Assembly (NCBI RefSeq): GCF_009914755.1
Contig: NC_060933.1
DNA: 64,000 nucleotides
DNA from: the human T2T-CHM13v2.0 reference genome, Homo sapiens
Direction: 5' to 3' (one strand)
In this document: piece after piece, positions 1-12,956 of the stretch
Numbering within the stretch: position 1 is the first letter of the stretch
Layout of the letters: each line of letters opens with the position of its first letter
Program-made: the position numbers and the translations under genes
The notes under the pieces: generated by a model
The model's input: only the letters and a program-made list of their open reading frames with translations
Databases searched by the model: none
What the model was told of the DNA's origin: nothing

Positions 1-104
1 GACGGGTCCACAACAGTGTCTGTTGGCAGCTTCTGCCTTTGTTCTTAATGTTTTCAGAATAACCATTGCCTTTCCTTTTTGGGGGCAGTGTGTCATAATC
101 ATAG

Positions 105-270
105 GCAGATAGCCCAACATTCTCACCTTGGCCCTGCCGGTTGTTGGCTGTGTGATTTTGGATAACTTTCTTATCTCTCTGAGCTTCAGTTTTTATTAAT
201 AATAATAACACAAAATAATAAGAAGTGTAGTACCTCAGGGCTTATTAAGTGAAAAGCACTTTACAAAGCA
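105..270 (+). mobile_element. MIR SINE fragment
   Basis: Degenerate MIR core: ggctgtgtgattttggataactttcttatctctctgagcttcagttt. Confidence 0.5.
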
Positions 271-271
271 T

Positions 272-448
272 ATAATATGCATTACCTCATTTAGTTCTCA
301 CATTCACCATATGAGGTAGGTACTACTATAATCCACATTTCACAGATGGGAAAACATGCCCCAAATCACACAGGTAATAAGTAGCAGAAGTAAGAACTGA
401 AACCAGGTTCGGCTGACTGCAAAGACCATGGAGCTTGATTGCTATACA
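272..448 (-). mobile_element. MIR SINE fragment, tail-to-tail with the previous one
   Basis: Reverse-complement MIR core: atgaggtaggtactactataatccacatttcacagatgggaaaac...cacacaggtaataagtagcag. Confidence 0.6.
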
Positions 449-1344
449 GGGGGATCCATGAGATGGCTGTGATACCAAGCAGCCTCCAGGGTCCCCCATA
501 TGCAATTCCCTGCTAGTCTGTATCAATAGTTGGTCCAGAATAATAACAGCATTGACCCCTGTGGGATCAAGGTAACTCTCTTTTGTGTGTGTGAATACAA
601 CTTTTAAACAAGTCTCACATTTGTTCTAACAAAAATATTTGGATCTGTGTCTATGACTTATCACTTTCCATTAGGTTCCATACTGGGGCCGGGGATCATG
701 CCACACTGCAAACTCCCCCTAGCTCTGGGAACAGATGCTTGCTGGTGACTGCCTGCGGCAGCATACCTAAAAACCAGTGACAGTCTGGGCAGGTTCCCAG
801 CTGCTGAAATTAGCCTGCAGGATCCTTGTAGGCAAAGGCATATTTTAGGACAGCAGTACTGAACAACATCACAGAATGACAAGAACACAGCCCCTTCCAC
901 GTTTCTTCAAATGTCCAAATAGCTCGTGCTCATGTTTGACCCTATTTAATAGTTGTTTGTATGGAATGCAAAAATCTGTTTATCTGTATATCAATAAATA
1001 TCCATGCACATACAGTTCAGAAACTGAATGATAATGACTTTTTAAAAATAAATTTTAATTATAATAAAGCAAATTCTTTTTTTCAGAGGACTGCAACACA
1101 TTTTAGTTAGCAAATTCATTTGTTGTGGATAATTTCATTAGCTGCTAAGTTCTTCCAGGGGAATCATTTAGCATATTTGGTAATAATAATGACTGGATAA
1201 TAATGCTTCTTAATGAACTGCCATGAGCAATAAGTATGACTCAATAGCTCAGTATGGTGGAAAGAAATTACTGGTCTAGATCAGGAATATCGAAGGCAGA
1301 AGAAAACTTAGAATTTATTTATCCTATGCTACCACCTGTCTTCA

Positions 1345-1450
1345 GGCATAATTTACAAATCAGGAAGCAGGCTCAGAAATCCATGTCATTTTCAAGGTCA
1401 CTCAGTGAGTTAAAGGCACAACCAGGGGTTCTGACTTCCAGAGCAGCTCA
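1345..1450 (-). mobile_element. MIR fragment
   Basis: tttacaaatcaggaagcaggctcaga...aaggtcactcagtgagtt resembles the reverse MIR core. Confidence 0.45.
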
Positions 1451-1659
1451 GTCACATCACTTCACAGTCATGTTCTGCTGTACAACTGTGGCAATAACTG
1501 TGAATAGATAACCCCCTCCATCTTTGGGATGGAAATTAGAGGTTATCACAGTTTATATTTACAGGAATAATTCAAAAATATCTGTTGAATAGAAAGTAGA
1601 GATGTGTTAGGAATCCAAATTCAGGAGGAACTTACTGAAACCTCAGCATTCCAGACACT

Positions 1660-4055
1660 AAGCCTCTCATTTCATTTGCATAACAATCCATGAGGTTGAT
1701 ACATTAAGAACTGCCCCATTTCACAGATAAGGAAATGGGGCTTACAGAGGGCATGTGATAACCCAGTCACGCTGTATTAGTCCATTTTCGCACTGCTGAT
1801 AAAGACATACCCAAGATGGGGAATTTACAAAAGAAAGACGTTTAATGGACTTAACAGTTCCACATGGCTGGAGAAGCCTCACAATAATGGTGGAAGGCAA
1901 GAAGGAACCAGTCACAACTTACATGGATGACAGCAGGCAAAGAGCTTGTGCCAGGAAACTCTGCCTTATAAAGCCATTAGATCTCATGAGACTTATTCAC
2001 TGTCATGAGAACAGCACTGGAAAGACCTGCCTTCATGATTCAGTTACCTCCCACCAGGTCCCTCCCACAACATGTGGGAATTCAAGATGAGATTTGGGTG
2101 GAGACACAGCCAAACCATATCATTCTGGCCCTGGCCCCTCCCAAATCTCATGTCCTCACATTTCAAAACCAATCATGCCTTCCCAAGATCACCCCAAAGT
2201 CTTAACTCATTTCAGCATTAACTCAAAAGTCCATAGTCCAAAATTTCATCCAAGACAGGGCAAGTCCCTTCCACCTATGGGCCTGTGAAATCAAAAGCAG
2301 GTTGGTTACTTCCTAGATACAGTGGGGGTACAGGCATTGGGTAAATACAGCTGTCCCAAATGGCAGAAATTGGCCAAAACAAAGGGGCTGCAGGCTCCAT
2401 GCAAGTATGAAATCCAGCAGCACAGTCAAATCTTAAAGCTCCAAAATGATCTCCTTTGACTCCATGTCTCATATCCAAGTCATGCTAATGCAAGAGGTGG
2501 GTTCCCACAGTCTTGGGCCACTCTGCTCCTGTGGCTTTTCAGGGTACAGCCTCCCTCCTGGCTGCTGTCATGGGCTGGTGTTGTGTCTGTGGCTTTTCCA
2601 GGTACACAGTGCAAGCTGTCAATGGATCTACCATTCTGGGGTCTGGAGGACAGCTCCACTAGGTGGTGCCCCAGTAGGGACTTTGTGTGGGGACTCTGAC
2701 CCAACATTTCCCTTCCACACTGCCCTAGCAGAGGTTCTCCATGAGCACCCCACCCCTGCAGCAAACTTCTGCCTGGGCATCCAGGTGTTTCCATACATCT
2801 GAAATCTAGGTGGAGGTTCCCAAACCCTAATTCTTGACTTCTGTGCACTCACAGACTCAACATCATGTGGAAGTTGCCAAGCTCTGAAGCCACAGCCCAA
2901 GCTCTTCATTGACCCCTTTCAGCCATGGCTGGAGTGGCTGGGATGCAGTGCACCAAGTCTGTAGGCTGCACACAGCACAGGGACCCTGGGCCTGACCCAT
3001 TAAACCATTTTTTCCTCCTAGGTCCTCCGGGCCTGTGATGAGAGCGGCTGCCGTGAAGACCTCTGACATGCCCTGGAGACATTTTCCCCATTGTCTTGGG
3101 GATTAACATTCAGCTCCTCGTTACTTATGCAAATTTCTGTAGCCAGCTTGAATTTCTCAGAAAATAAGATTTTCTTTCCTATTGCATTGTCAGGCTGCAA
3201 ATTTTCTTAACTTCTATGCTCTGCTTCCCTTATAAAACTGAATGCCTTTAACAGCACCGAAGTCACCTCTTGAATGCTTTGCTGCTTAGAAATTTCTTCC
3301 ACCCTAAATCATTTCTCTCAAGTTCAAAGTCCCACAAATCTCTAGGGCAGGGGCAAAATGCTGCAAGTCTCTTTGCTAAAACATAACAAGAGTCACTTCT
3401 GCTCCAGTTCCCAACAAGTTCCTCATCTCCATCTGAGACTGCCTCAGCCTGGATTTCATTATCCATATCATTAACAGCATTTTGGTCAAAGCCATTCAAC
3501 AAGTCTCTAGGAGTTCCAAACTTTTCCACATTTTTCTGTCTTCTTCTGAGCCCTCCAAACTGTTCTAATCTCTGCCTGTTACCCAGTTCCAAAGTTGCTT
3601 CCACATTTTTGGGTATCTTTTCAGCAGTGCCCCCACTCTTGTGGTACGAATTTACTGTGTTAGTCTGTTTTCACACTGCTAATAAAGATGTACCCGAGAC
3701 AGGGCAATTTACTAAAGGAAGAGGTTTAATGAACTTACAGTTCCACATGGCTGGGGAAGCCTCACCATCATGGTGGAAGACAAGGAAGAGCAAATCACGT
3801 CTTACATGGATGGCAGCAGGCAAAGAGAGAACCTGTGCAGGGAAACTCCACCTTATAAAGCCATCAGATCACGTGAGACTTATTCACAGGAACAGCACTG
3901 AAATACCCACCTTTATGATTCAATTACCTTCCACTGGGTCCCTCCCACAACATATGGGAATTCAACATGAGATTTGGTTGGGGACACAGCCAAACCATAT
4001 CATACACAGTAAATAATGGAGCTAGGATTTTATGTTGGACTTTGTGACTCCAATA
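1660..4055 (-). mobile_element. MIR split by the THE1 provirus (pieces ~1660-1772 and ~4003-4055)
   Basis: ccccatttcacagataaggaaatgggg...acccagtcac resumes after the THE1 as agtaaataatggagctaggatt...tgactcca. Confidence 0.6.
1773..4002 (-). mobile_element. Full-length THE1 (THE1A/B-type) MaLR provirus: 5' LTR 3656-4002, internal 2123-3655, 3' LTR 1773-2122
   Basis: Two ~350-bp LTRs ending in cagccaaaccatatca (reverse complement TGATATGGTTTGGCTG), a ~1.5-kb THE1-int, a polypurine tract next to 2122, and a degenerate 5-bp TSD cacgc (1768-1772) / tacac (4003-4007). Confidence 0.93.
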
Positions 4056-4959
4056 TGGGCCCATTCTACTTTTCCACAGCAACAACTTACTAAAGCTTCC
4101 ATAAGAATCCCCAATGGGGAGAACTAAGAATCTCCTTGGCTCTGTATACATCCAGATACTCTTTTAGGTAAAGATGCAGCATTCAGCTTAGTTGGAGGGA
4201 AGTAGAAACCATGGTCCTTACCCTTGAGTAATTATCTTCCTTCTGACTGGTGAACTGAAATTATTCAAAAAGGTCTTGCATAAAGCATGACTTCTGGCAT
4301 AAAACACATGCTTAAGTAGAATAACAATAAATTACAAATTCAAGCATCTTCCCTACCATTCTGTCTTGGAAAGTTTATTGCTACACAGACAAATCCTCCA
4401 ATGAGTGCAAGAAAAATATAAACATCAGCTACTGAATTTTATCCATACTGATATTTGGTCATGTGCCAAATGGGTTTGCACTTTAGCATGCAATATTAAA
4501 ACTTCAGAATCCACCATCCTTGACCTGCACTGGATTCCCCCAAATGCTTGAAGACTCCACTATTCATTGCCACATCAGCTGTGAATTTCTAGCTTGTTGC
4601 TAATCTCCTCTCTTTCTCACAAATCAGCTTCTTTTTTAATTTATTTATTGCATCACCTTGCTATGTATACTGGAAACTTTTACATATTTAAAGTTGTAAT
4701 TTAAGAAACTACAGAGAAGCCAGAAATAGAAGTTTGGGTTTTAAAATTTTTTCTTACAAGAAAGGGTTAGAAGCACACCAACCTAGACAGAAAAAAAGAC
4801 AGACTCTCCTGCACAGGTCTGGGGAGTTGCTGATATACTGCCCTTGTAAGTTGGCACCCTGGCACCCATGGCATGTAGAGGTAAAGGGTATAGAGTAGAT
4901 ACAATATTGCCCAATTATCCCTCCTTCAAAGACTCTCTTGCCAGAACCAACACCTTACC

Positions 4960-5155
4960 CACCTGCTTTCTCTTCTTAACTTTCCATTTCCTCAGCCTCT
5001 CACTGCATGACGGCTTTGACTTCACCCCCATCCATTGGTACCATGAAAGACCCTCTAGATGCTATACATATTGGCACTTTTCAGTTCTTATCATACTTGA
5101 CCTTTATGCCACACAGTTTATTGGTCCCACCTTCCCAAAACTCTCCTCTTTAGGG
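4960..5155 (+). mobile_element. L2 fragment
   Basis: Pyrimidine-rich L2-like text: ggcacttttcagttcttatcatacttgacct...ttcccaaaactctcctctttagg. Confidence 0.45.
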
Positions 5156-5179
5156 TAAGGCTAATAACTATTGTTGTCA

Positions 5180-5441
5180 TTATAAGTTTGCATTCATAGA
5201 GTGCTTATCATTTATAAGGCAGTGTGTTAAGCACTTTGTGTGCATTCTTTCTTTGAACACTTATAAACCCATGATGTAGACATTATTATTATTCCTATAT
5301 CACAGATGAAGAAATTGAGGCACAACAGGTTAAGTAACTTGTCCAAAATGATACAGCTAGTAAATGGCAGAGCCAGATTTTGAACTCAGATTTTCCTGCC
5401 TCCAGAACTCCTATTTGTAAGCATTACACTACATTGCCTCA
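5180..5441 (-). mobile_element. Near full-length MIR
   Basis: acagatgaagaaattgaggcacaacaggttaagtaacttgtccaaaatgatacagctagtaaatggcagagcc is the reverse MIR core. Confidence 0.8.
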
Positions 5442-5462
5442 TAATGTTTTCAAGACAGTGAC

Positions 5463-5575
5463 TGTCTTAGTCAGCTGGGCTGCTATAACAAATTACCATA
5501 GAGTGAGTGGTTTAGACAAAAGACAGTTATTTATCATAGTTTTGGAAACTGGGAAGTCCAAGATCAAGGTGTAAA
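5463..5575 (-). mobile_element. MLT1 MaLR LTR 3' fragment
   Basis: tgtcttagtcagctgggctgctataacaaattaccataga...gggaagtccaagatcaaggtg. Confidence 0.7.
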
Positions 5576-6109
5576 CACACCCTGAATGTACAGATTTAAG
5601 GAGTGTAGCTGGCTGGAGAATAAGGGGTACTCACATAAACACCTTCCAATCAGTGTGTAATTGATGGAGTATAAATAAAAGTGCTTAAAAACCAAAATGG
5701 CTCTATTTGTAAATAAAATTTCTATATGCTTTGTTCAAAACTCATAGATTAATTCAAAATCAAAACCAAAATCCAATGTGCAAAAACAAAAAAAGGGACA
5801 CTTAGGCAAATTTTTGCAAGTTTCTGATGGTTTCGGTCTCCTCTAGGAAAAAAAATTATTTTGGCTATGCCTGGTGCTTGTCTGTATCCTTTAAATCTTC
5901 AGGAAAATTCGGTATGGGGTAAGAGCTATGATTCATGTTAGTCTGTGTTTGACTTTCGTGTTAGTATAAAGATTGAAAAAGTGAACTATATTCCTGGAAA
6001 GGCTAAAAACAATAATAATATCACTTAGTATGAACCAGGTGCTGTGTTAAGCATGGCAAATCTGATGGAGGTTTAAGGGCCTTGTGGAGAGGTAGGGAGG
6101 GGCTCTTGC

Positions 6110-6313
6110 TGATAGCCAGCCAACCCCCAGAGGCAGAACCACTTAATTAACCTGCAGCTGACCCAGACACAGGAAAGAACCCAGCTGAAATCAAAAGACC
6201 TGCCCAACTAACGCCAGCCTAAATTACTGACCCATAGAATCATGAGCTCAATGAAATATTGATACATTAAGCCATGACGTTTTGAGGTTTTGTAGCAGTA
6301 ATGAACTACTACA
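6110..6313 (+). mobile_element. MLT1 (F/G/H-like) LTR 3' fragment
   Basis: cagcctaaattactgacccatagaatcatgagc...ttaagccatgacgttttgagg...actaca. Confidence 0.55.
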
Positions 6314-6873
6314 ATCTTCAACTAAATCACCTTTTTAAAAAAGCTGTGAAATGAGTATGATATGCTAGTAATATATATTTTCTAACATACAACAAAATAA
6401 AAATACATTATAACTATTAAATTCTCTTAAAATGTTAAAGAAAAAAGAGAAGATATTATTCCAGGCAAGGCAGATGGTCAAGAGTACATTTGAAAAATAG
6501 AGGAAATTTAACTGGGTTTGGAAAATCATGTAGGATGTGACTGTGTAGAGGTCAGTGAGGATAGAAGTATTGGATTAGGGAGAAAAGGATATTCTACAAA
6601 TATAAAGTGTATTTGGAAGATAGTGGGTAAATCAGCTCGGTTAAGACATAAGTGTTTTGGTTTTATTTCTTTGTGAAGATCTAAACCTGGAAAAAGCTTT
6701 TAAGAAAAACTTAAATGTAGGCTAATGCCTTCAGCTGGATACCTAAATAAATAAATAATCCCTGTCACCATCTGTTTTTTCAAAATGAGACCAATGCATG
6801 TCTAACCTCACTTATAACTAGAAGGGACTGATTTCTGAGGGATCATAACTCTCCTTCAAAGTCCTTTTTTTGA

Positions 6874-7119
6874 GGCTGGGCAACATACGGAGACCCCATC
6901 TCCACAAAAAATAAAAACATTAGCCAGGTGTAGTGGCACATGCCTGTGGTCCCAGCTACTCGAAAGGCTGAGATGGGAGAATTGCTTGAACCCAGGAGGT
7001 CTAGGCTGCAGTGATCACGCCACTGCACTCCAGCCTGGGCAACACAGAGAGAGACCCTGTTAAAAAAAAAAAAAAAAAGAAGAAGAAGAAGAAAGAAGAA
7101 AAAAGAAGAAGAGAAAAAA
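6874..7119 (+). mobile_element. 5'-truncated AluJ with A/GAA tail
   Basis: End of the left arm plus right arm with J-type aggctgcagtga and gagaccctgt; tail decays into (GAA)n. Confidence 0.85.
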
Positions 7120-7234
7120 CATTCTTTTGTGATCATAATGAACAGAGAATAACTTTCCATTCCTACATTAAATGATTTAGACACAGCATAATGCAGATTT
7201 TACAGCTGGTAATAAGGTAAACAGAAAATACAGA

Positions 7235-7403
7235 TGACCAGAAGCTAGGAGACAAGCTGATGCTCTTATTCAGCAACTAATGAGCTGTGTTACTTTGGGG
7301 GTGTGATATGTCTCTGAATCTCAGCCTCCTCATCCATCAAATACGTGGGGTTAAACCAGATGATCTCTAAGACTTCTTCCAGCTCTAAAATTCTGTCACT
7401 CTC
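7235..7403 (+). mobile_element. MIR (MIR3/MIRc-like)
   Basis: tctctgaatctcagcctcctcatccatcaaa...ccagatgatctctaagacttcttccagctctaaaattctg. Confidence 0.65.
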
Positions 7404-7719
7404 TGTCAGCTATTCAGCAAGACAAGCAGCCATCAAGAGATCATCAGATTCAGTGCTGATTCAGCCCTGGGCAGAGGTGCTTCTGAGTACTTCAGGGAGG
7501 AGCTTGTTGTGGAGTTCCAGCTTACCAAGCCTGAGTTTTGCTTGATGCATAATGACTCAGGCGCTTCCCTCAGAGGGTGTGTGTGTGTGTTGGGGTAAGG
7601 GTCAATAGTGAAAAAAAGTTAAAATCCTCACACTATATTATATCCAGTCTGAAAGTTTAATGTATCTCTAGGAGGCACATAGGATATTACCGGAAATTGA
7701 TTCACACTTTGCCTGCAAA

Positions 7720-8126
7720 TACCATGGTCAGCTCGCACAGCTATGAAGAAATACCTGAGACTGGGTAATTTACACAGAAAAGACATTTAGTTAGCTCATG
7801 GTTCTGCAAGCTGCACAGGAAGCATGGCAGCATCTGCTTCTGGGGAGGCCTCAGGGAGCTTTTACTAATGGTGGAAGGCAAAGTGGAAGCAGGCATCTTA
7901 CATGGCAGGAACAGAACCAGAGTTGGTGGGGAGGTGCTACACACTTTCAAACAACCAGGTCTTGTGAGAACTCACTCACTCTACAGTACCAAGGGGTGAT
8001 GGTGCTAAACCATTCATGAGAACCCTGTTCCCAGGATCCAGTCACTTCCCACCAGGCCCCACCTCCAACACTGGGGATTACAATTCGATATTAGATTTGG
8101 TAGGGACACAGATCCAAACCATATCA
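7720..8126 (-). mobile_element. MST (MSTA-like) solo LTR
   Basis: aagaaatacctgagactgggtaattta...ggttctgcaagctgcacaggaagcatggc...gatccaaaccatatca. Confidence 0.88.
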
Positions 8127-8277
8127 ATCAGAAAAATTTTAAAACTAGAGCATCCTTAAAGGGAGCTCCTACTGAGCCTGTCTTGGCATAAGTGCAGCAT
8201 TCAAAACAGAGACCAGTGTCATGGACTGAGTGATGAAGGAGAAAGGAAGAGGAGACAGGAAAACTGTATTACAATGA

Positions 8278-8405
8278 TCCATTTATTCAACATCTGTCAT
8301 TCAATCTAGCACTTTCTGTAGGCCAGGCACTTGGCTAGGTGCTGGAAATACAGCAAAGATCAAAACCAACAAAAAATTCCTGCCCTTATGGATCTTACAA
8401 TTTCT
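8278..8405 (-). mobile_element. L2 3' end
   Basis: atttattcaaca...gccaggcacttggctaggtgctggaaatacagca...cctgcccttatgga. Confidence 0.6.
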
Positions 8406-9008
8406 TCCTGATATTTCTTCTGTGGTAGCCAGGACGTGTACTATTATGCACACATCTGTTTCTGGGGTGTTTGTTGTTTGCTTGTTGGCCTTCTTTTGTT
8501 TTCTTTGTGTGGACTGTAAAGAGTTGGTGGGGTTGGGGGTAACTTTCTGGTGCAGATGCTTGGAGGACTGAGGACACCTGAAGGATACTTACTTGGATTG
8601 GTCAAAGCTTGACTTAACTCGTTCATTCAATCATCAATTATTTATAGAGAACCAACTATATAAAAGGTTCTGCAGTTTAAAAAAAAGTAAATAAGCCAGA
8701 TTCTCTGTCCCAAAGATAGTCGCAACTTAGTTTTCCCTACTGAGGAAAAAAGACATTAAAAATACATAATTACAATTCAATATAATCTATGCTACAACCG
8801 AGTACACACAAAGAGTGAACTCAAACAAAGGAAAGAGTTAACTCTGCTGGAAAAAACTCTAGGGACATCTTCCCAGAGGAGGTTTGGTAACCTGGGTTGT
8901 GAAGAATGAGTAGAAGTTTTGTTGCAGGCTGCAGGGAAAGCATGTGCAGAATAAAAACAGGGAAAGCAGCTGCACGGTTTGGAGAGAGGTGGTTGTTCTG
9001 TGTGGCTG

Positions 9009-9502
<494 letters not shown>

Positions 9503-9520
9503 GGCTAGAACAGTATAGAA

Positions 9521-10232
9521 CAGTACTTCTCAAATTTTAATATAAGAATCACCTGAGGATCTTTTGAACTAAAAATAGATCTACCATTCAATCCAGCAAG
9601 CCCACTACTGGGTATCTACCCAAAGAGAAAGAAGTTATTATATGAAAAAGACACACACATGTATGTTTATAGCAGCACAATTCACAATTGCAAAGATATG
9701 GAAAAAACTAAGTGTCCATCGACCAATGAATGGATTAAGAAAATGTGGTATATATACACCATGGAATACTGTTTGGCCATAAAAAGGAACAAAATAATGT
9801 TTTATTTGTAGCAACTTGGATGGAGTTAGAGGCCATTATTCTAAGTGAAGTAACTCAGAAATGGAAAACCAAAAACCATGTGTTCTCACTTATAAGTGGG
9901 AGCTAAGCTATGAGTTTGCAAATGCATACAGAGTGATATAATGGACTTTGGAGACTCAGAAGGGGGAGGGAGGTGAGGGATAAAAAACTGCATATTGGGT
10001 ACAATGTACAATACTCGGATAATAAGTGCACTAGAATCTCAGAATTCACTGCTATATAATTCATCCATGCAACCCCAAACCCCAAAAGCCATTGAAATTT
10101 TATATATACATATATATATACACATGTATAAATTCTAATCCAATAGGCCTGGGGTGGGCCTGAGAACCTGCGTTTCTAACAAGCTCCCAGGTGATGCTGA
10201 TGCTGCTGGCCCACAGCACATTCTAGCAAGTG
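9521..10232. mobile_element. MER5A-type MITE #2, split by L1PB
   Basis: cagtacttctcaaa...agaatcacctgagga [L1] gggtgggcctgagaacctgcgtttctaacaagctcccaggtgatgctgatgctgctgg. Confidence 0.75.
9566..10100 (+). mobile_element. 5'-truncated L1PB (PB2/3-like) 3' end
   Basis: ORF2 C-terminal region then 3'UTR gagctaagctatgag...gcatacagagtgatataatggactttggagactcag; tail is now (TA)n. Confidence 0.85.
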
Positions 10233-10239
10233 GATAGAA

Positions 10240-10432
10240 CAGTGGTTCTCAAAGTATGGTGCCAGTACCATCAGCATCACCTGGGAACCCAGAAGAAATA
10301 CAGATTTTCAGGGCCCATTCCAGATCTACTGAAATAGAAACTCGGGTTGGAGATCCGGCAATCTGTCTTTTCAAGTCTTCTGCATGGTTCTCCTGCACCT
10401 TAGAAAGTCGTGATAGTGCTGAAAAACCACTG
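10240..10432. mobile_element. MER5A MITE #3
   Basis: TIRs cagtggttctca...gaaaaaccactg; internal agcatcacctgggaa and cagatctactgaaatagaaactc. Confidence 0.8.
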
Positions 10433-10540
10433 GGGTGAAAAACCACTTTGGGCTAGAGCATCAAAAGGTTGGGTAATGGTATTGAAAGATACTAGAAATG
10501 TACATGGGGTATAAAGAATGTGGCATACAAAGAGTTAGAA

Positions 10541-10762
10541 CAGGGGTATCCAATCTTTCGGTTTCCCTTGGCTATACTGGAAGAAGAATTATCTTGGGCC
10601 ACACATAAAACACACTAACACTAATGATAGCTGATGAGCCAAAAAAAAAAATTGCAGAAAAATCTCATAATGTTTTAAGAAAGTTTACAAATTTGTGTTG
10701 GGCCACATTCAAAGCCATCCTGGGCTGCATGCTGCCCACGGCCCACGGGTTGGACAAGCTTG
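10541..10762. mobile_element. MER30 hAT MITE
   Basis: caggggtatccaatcttt...gggccacacataaaa...gggttggacaagcttg, flanked by AGTTAGAA at 10533-10540 and 10764-10771. Confidence 0.88.
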
Positions 10763-11284
10763 AAGTTAGAATTTTATCCTATAGGCAACAGGAAATTCCT
10801 AGATAGTCTTAAGAAGAAGAGTAATTGAATTCGAAGTTATTTTAAGATCTTTCTGGCAGAAGTGTCCCTTTGAGGCACCTCCCAACTATGGTACGAAGTG
10901 TCCTAGTTGCTTTGGTTTCACTGACGGGCCTTTCCACCCATCTTCCCAAGGCCTCTGCCCCCCTACAGAAAGCTTCGGGTCCTATGACAGCTCTGGGTCC
11001 TGCCCAATGTTTGCTGGGCTGATTTCCCTGGTTTCTGACCTGGTGCCTGTCCATTGATTCTTCCTCTTTCCTGGGTCCCTTTTGGGGGTGGCTGCCTTTG
11101 GGCTGTCAGTGCCCTTTGACTTGACTTCTCCTGGGGCCATTGCCTCTTGGGTCTTCCTAACTTGGCTTTAAGTGCTGCATTCCACCATCGCCCTCATTCC
11201 CGTGCCACATCCGACTCCCACTCCAAGCAGAGCGTAGTGCCATGGGCCTTGGCTTGTCTGGGAGGAGGTGCTAGACAAACAGTT

Positions 11285-11440
11285 GAGAGAGACTGCATAT
11301 CTGGCTGGCAGTGACTTGCTAGGTGACCAAGGCCAAGCAACTTACCTCTCTGGGCTTCAGTTGTCTCATTCATATAACCCAGTCTCCGGGATTGGATTTA
11401 AACATCATTCAAGAGACCCAATATAAAGCTCTACAATTCC
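11285..11440 (+). mobile_element. MIR fragment
   Basis: gtgaccaaggccaagcaacttacctctctgggcttcagttgtctcat. Confidence 0.55.
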
Positions 11441-11723
11441 ATAGAAAACATTTGCTTTGTAGGATTACTTTATTGAAAAATATGTCCAATTACAAGTCTT
11501 TTTTCTTGGATATGGAAGAAGCTTACTTTTTCAAAATATAGAATCTGTTTTTACAAGCTCAACATCAAGGTGTAGAAGGATAATAAATTAGAAATAGTAA
11601 CCAATGTTTTGCCCCCAGATATCTCCCCTATGCCCTTTGCTTCTGTTCAAGTAAGTAGACAATTCTGAGTTTATGGCCTTGGGAAGAGTTATGACACATT
11701 TGAAAGCAGAAAAAAACGGTGTC

Positions 11724-12450
11724 TATCTCATGCCAGTCAGAATGGCAATTATTAAAAAGTCAGGAAACAATAGATGCTGGTGAGGTTGCAGACAAATAGG
11801 AACACTTTTACACTGTTGGTGGGATTATAAATTAGTTCAACCATTGTGGAAGACAGTGTGGTGATTCCTCAGGTTTCTAGAACCAGAAATACCATTTGAC
11901 CCAGCAATCCCATTACTGGGTATATACCCAAAGGAATAGAAATAATTCTACTGTAAAGACACATGCACATGTATGTTTATTGCAGCACTATTTACAATAG
12001 CAAAGACATGGAACCAACCCAAATGCCCATCAATGATAGACTGGATAAAGAAAATGTACATACACACCATGGAATACTATGCAGACATAAAAGAGAATGA
12101 GTTCATGTCCTTTGCAGGGACATGGATGAAGCTGGAAGCCATCATCCTCAGCAAACTAACACAGGAACAGAAAACCAAACACTGCATGTTCTCACTCATA
12201 AGTGGGATTTAAACAATGAGAACACATGGATGCAAGTTAAGCAATGAGAACACATGGATGCACACACCAGGGCTTGTTGGGGGTGGCGGACAAGGAGAGG
12301 GAGAGCATTAGGACAAATACCTAATGCATGTGGGGCTTAAAACCTAGATGATGGGTCGATAGGTGCAGGAACCACCATGGCACATGTATAACTATATAGC
12401 AAACCTGCACACATTCTGTATCCCAGAACTTAAAGTAACATTTTTAAAAA
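11724..12450 (+). mobile_element. 5'-truncated L1PA (about PA7-PA10) 3' end
   Basis: ORF2 C-terminus (ORF 11973-12212, [20 protein letters not shown]); 3'UTR gcttaaaacctagatgatggg; possible degenerate TSD ending ggtgtc on both sides. Confidence 0.88.
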
Positions 12451-12496
12451 GAGGGGTGTCACCCCTGCTTTGGCTTCTAGAATTCTAAGCCTTTAG

Positions 12497-12700
12497 GACA
12501 GAGGCTGCAAAGTGGTAGCGCTTAGGGCAAAACTGAGTCACAGATGTGTTTTGTTGGCCCTGCGGTGATACTTTTCCAAAATGAATTGATTTTCAACATT
12601 TGAAATCAGAAAGGTTTGCACCAACCGAAACTTTCCACCTTCTTCTTGAAAAAATAAATGGTGGACCTGAACAAGAAGAGCCCTGTACCCCCTTTCCTGG
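12497..12700. mobile_element. Ancient hAT-Charlie-like fragment (MER58/MER102-like)
   Basis: cagaggctgcaaagtggtagcgcttagggcaaaactgagtcacagatgtgttttgttggccc resembles a hAT MITE end. Confidence 0.4.
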
Positions 12701-12787
12701 GCCAAAGGGGCCTGGGAAGACAGCAAGACTGTGAAGCTTTAGCTTATGCAGAGCCCCATGCAGCTCCAGAGACTCATCGTAAAGATA

Positions 12788-12956
12788 GTGGGAGATCTGC
12801 TGAGCTCAGGACCAGCAGATGGACAGCTCAGGGGTGACATGTGTGGTCCATGGCTAAGGATGTCTTCCGACAGGCCTGATGTTTGTGGGAAGTGTGCTGA
12901 GGCCAGGACCAGCAGATGGAAAGCTCAGTGTGACACGTATGGTCCACAGCTAAGGA
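12788..12956. repeat. Diverged direct duplication, period 97 bp
   Basis: Copies at 12788-12860 and 12885-12956 share caggaccagcagatgga.agctcag and ggtcca..gctaagga. Confidence 0.85.
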
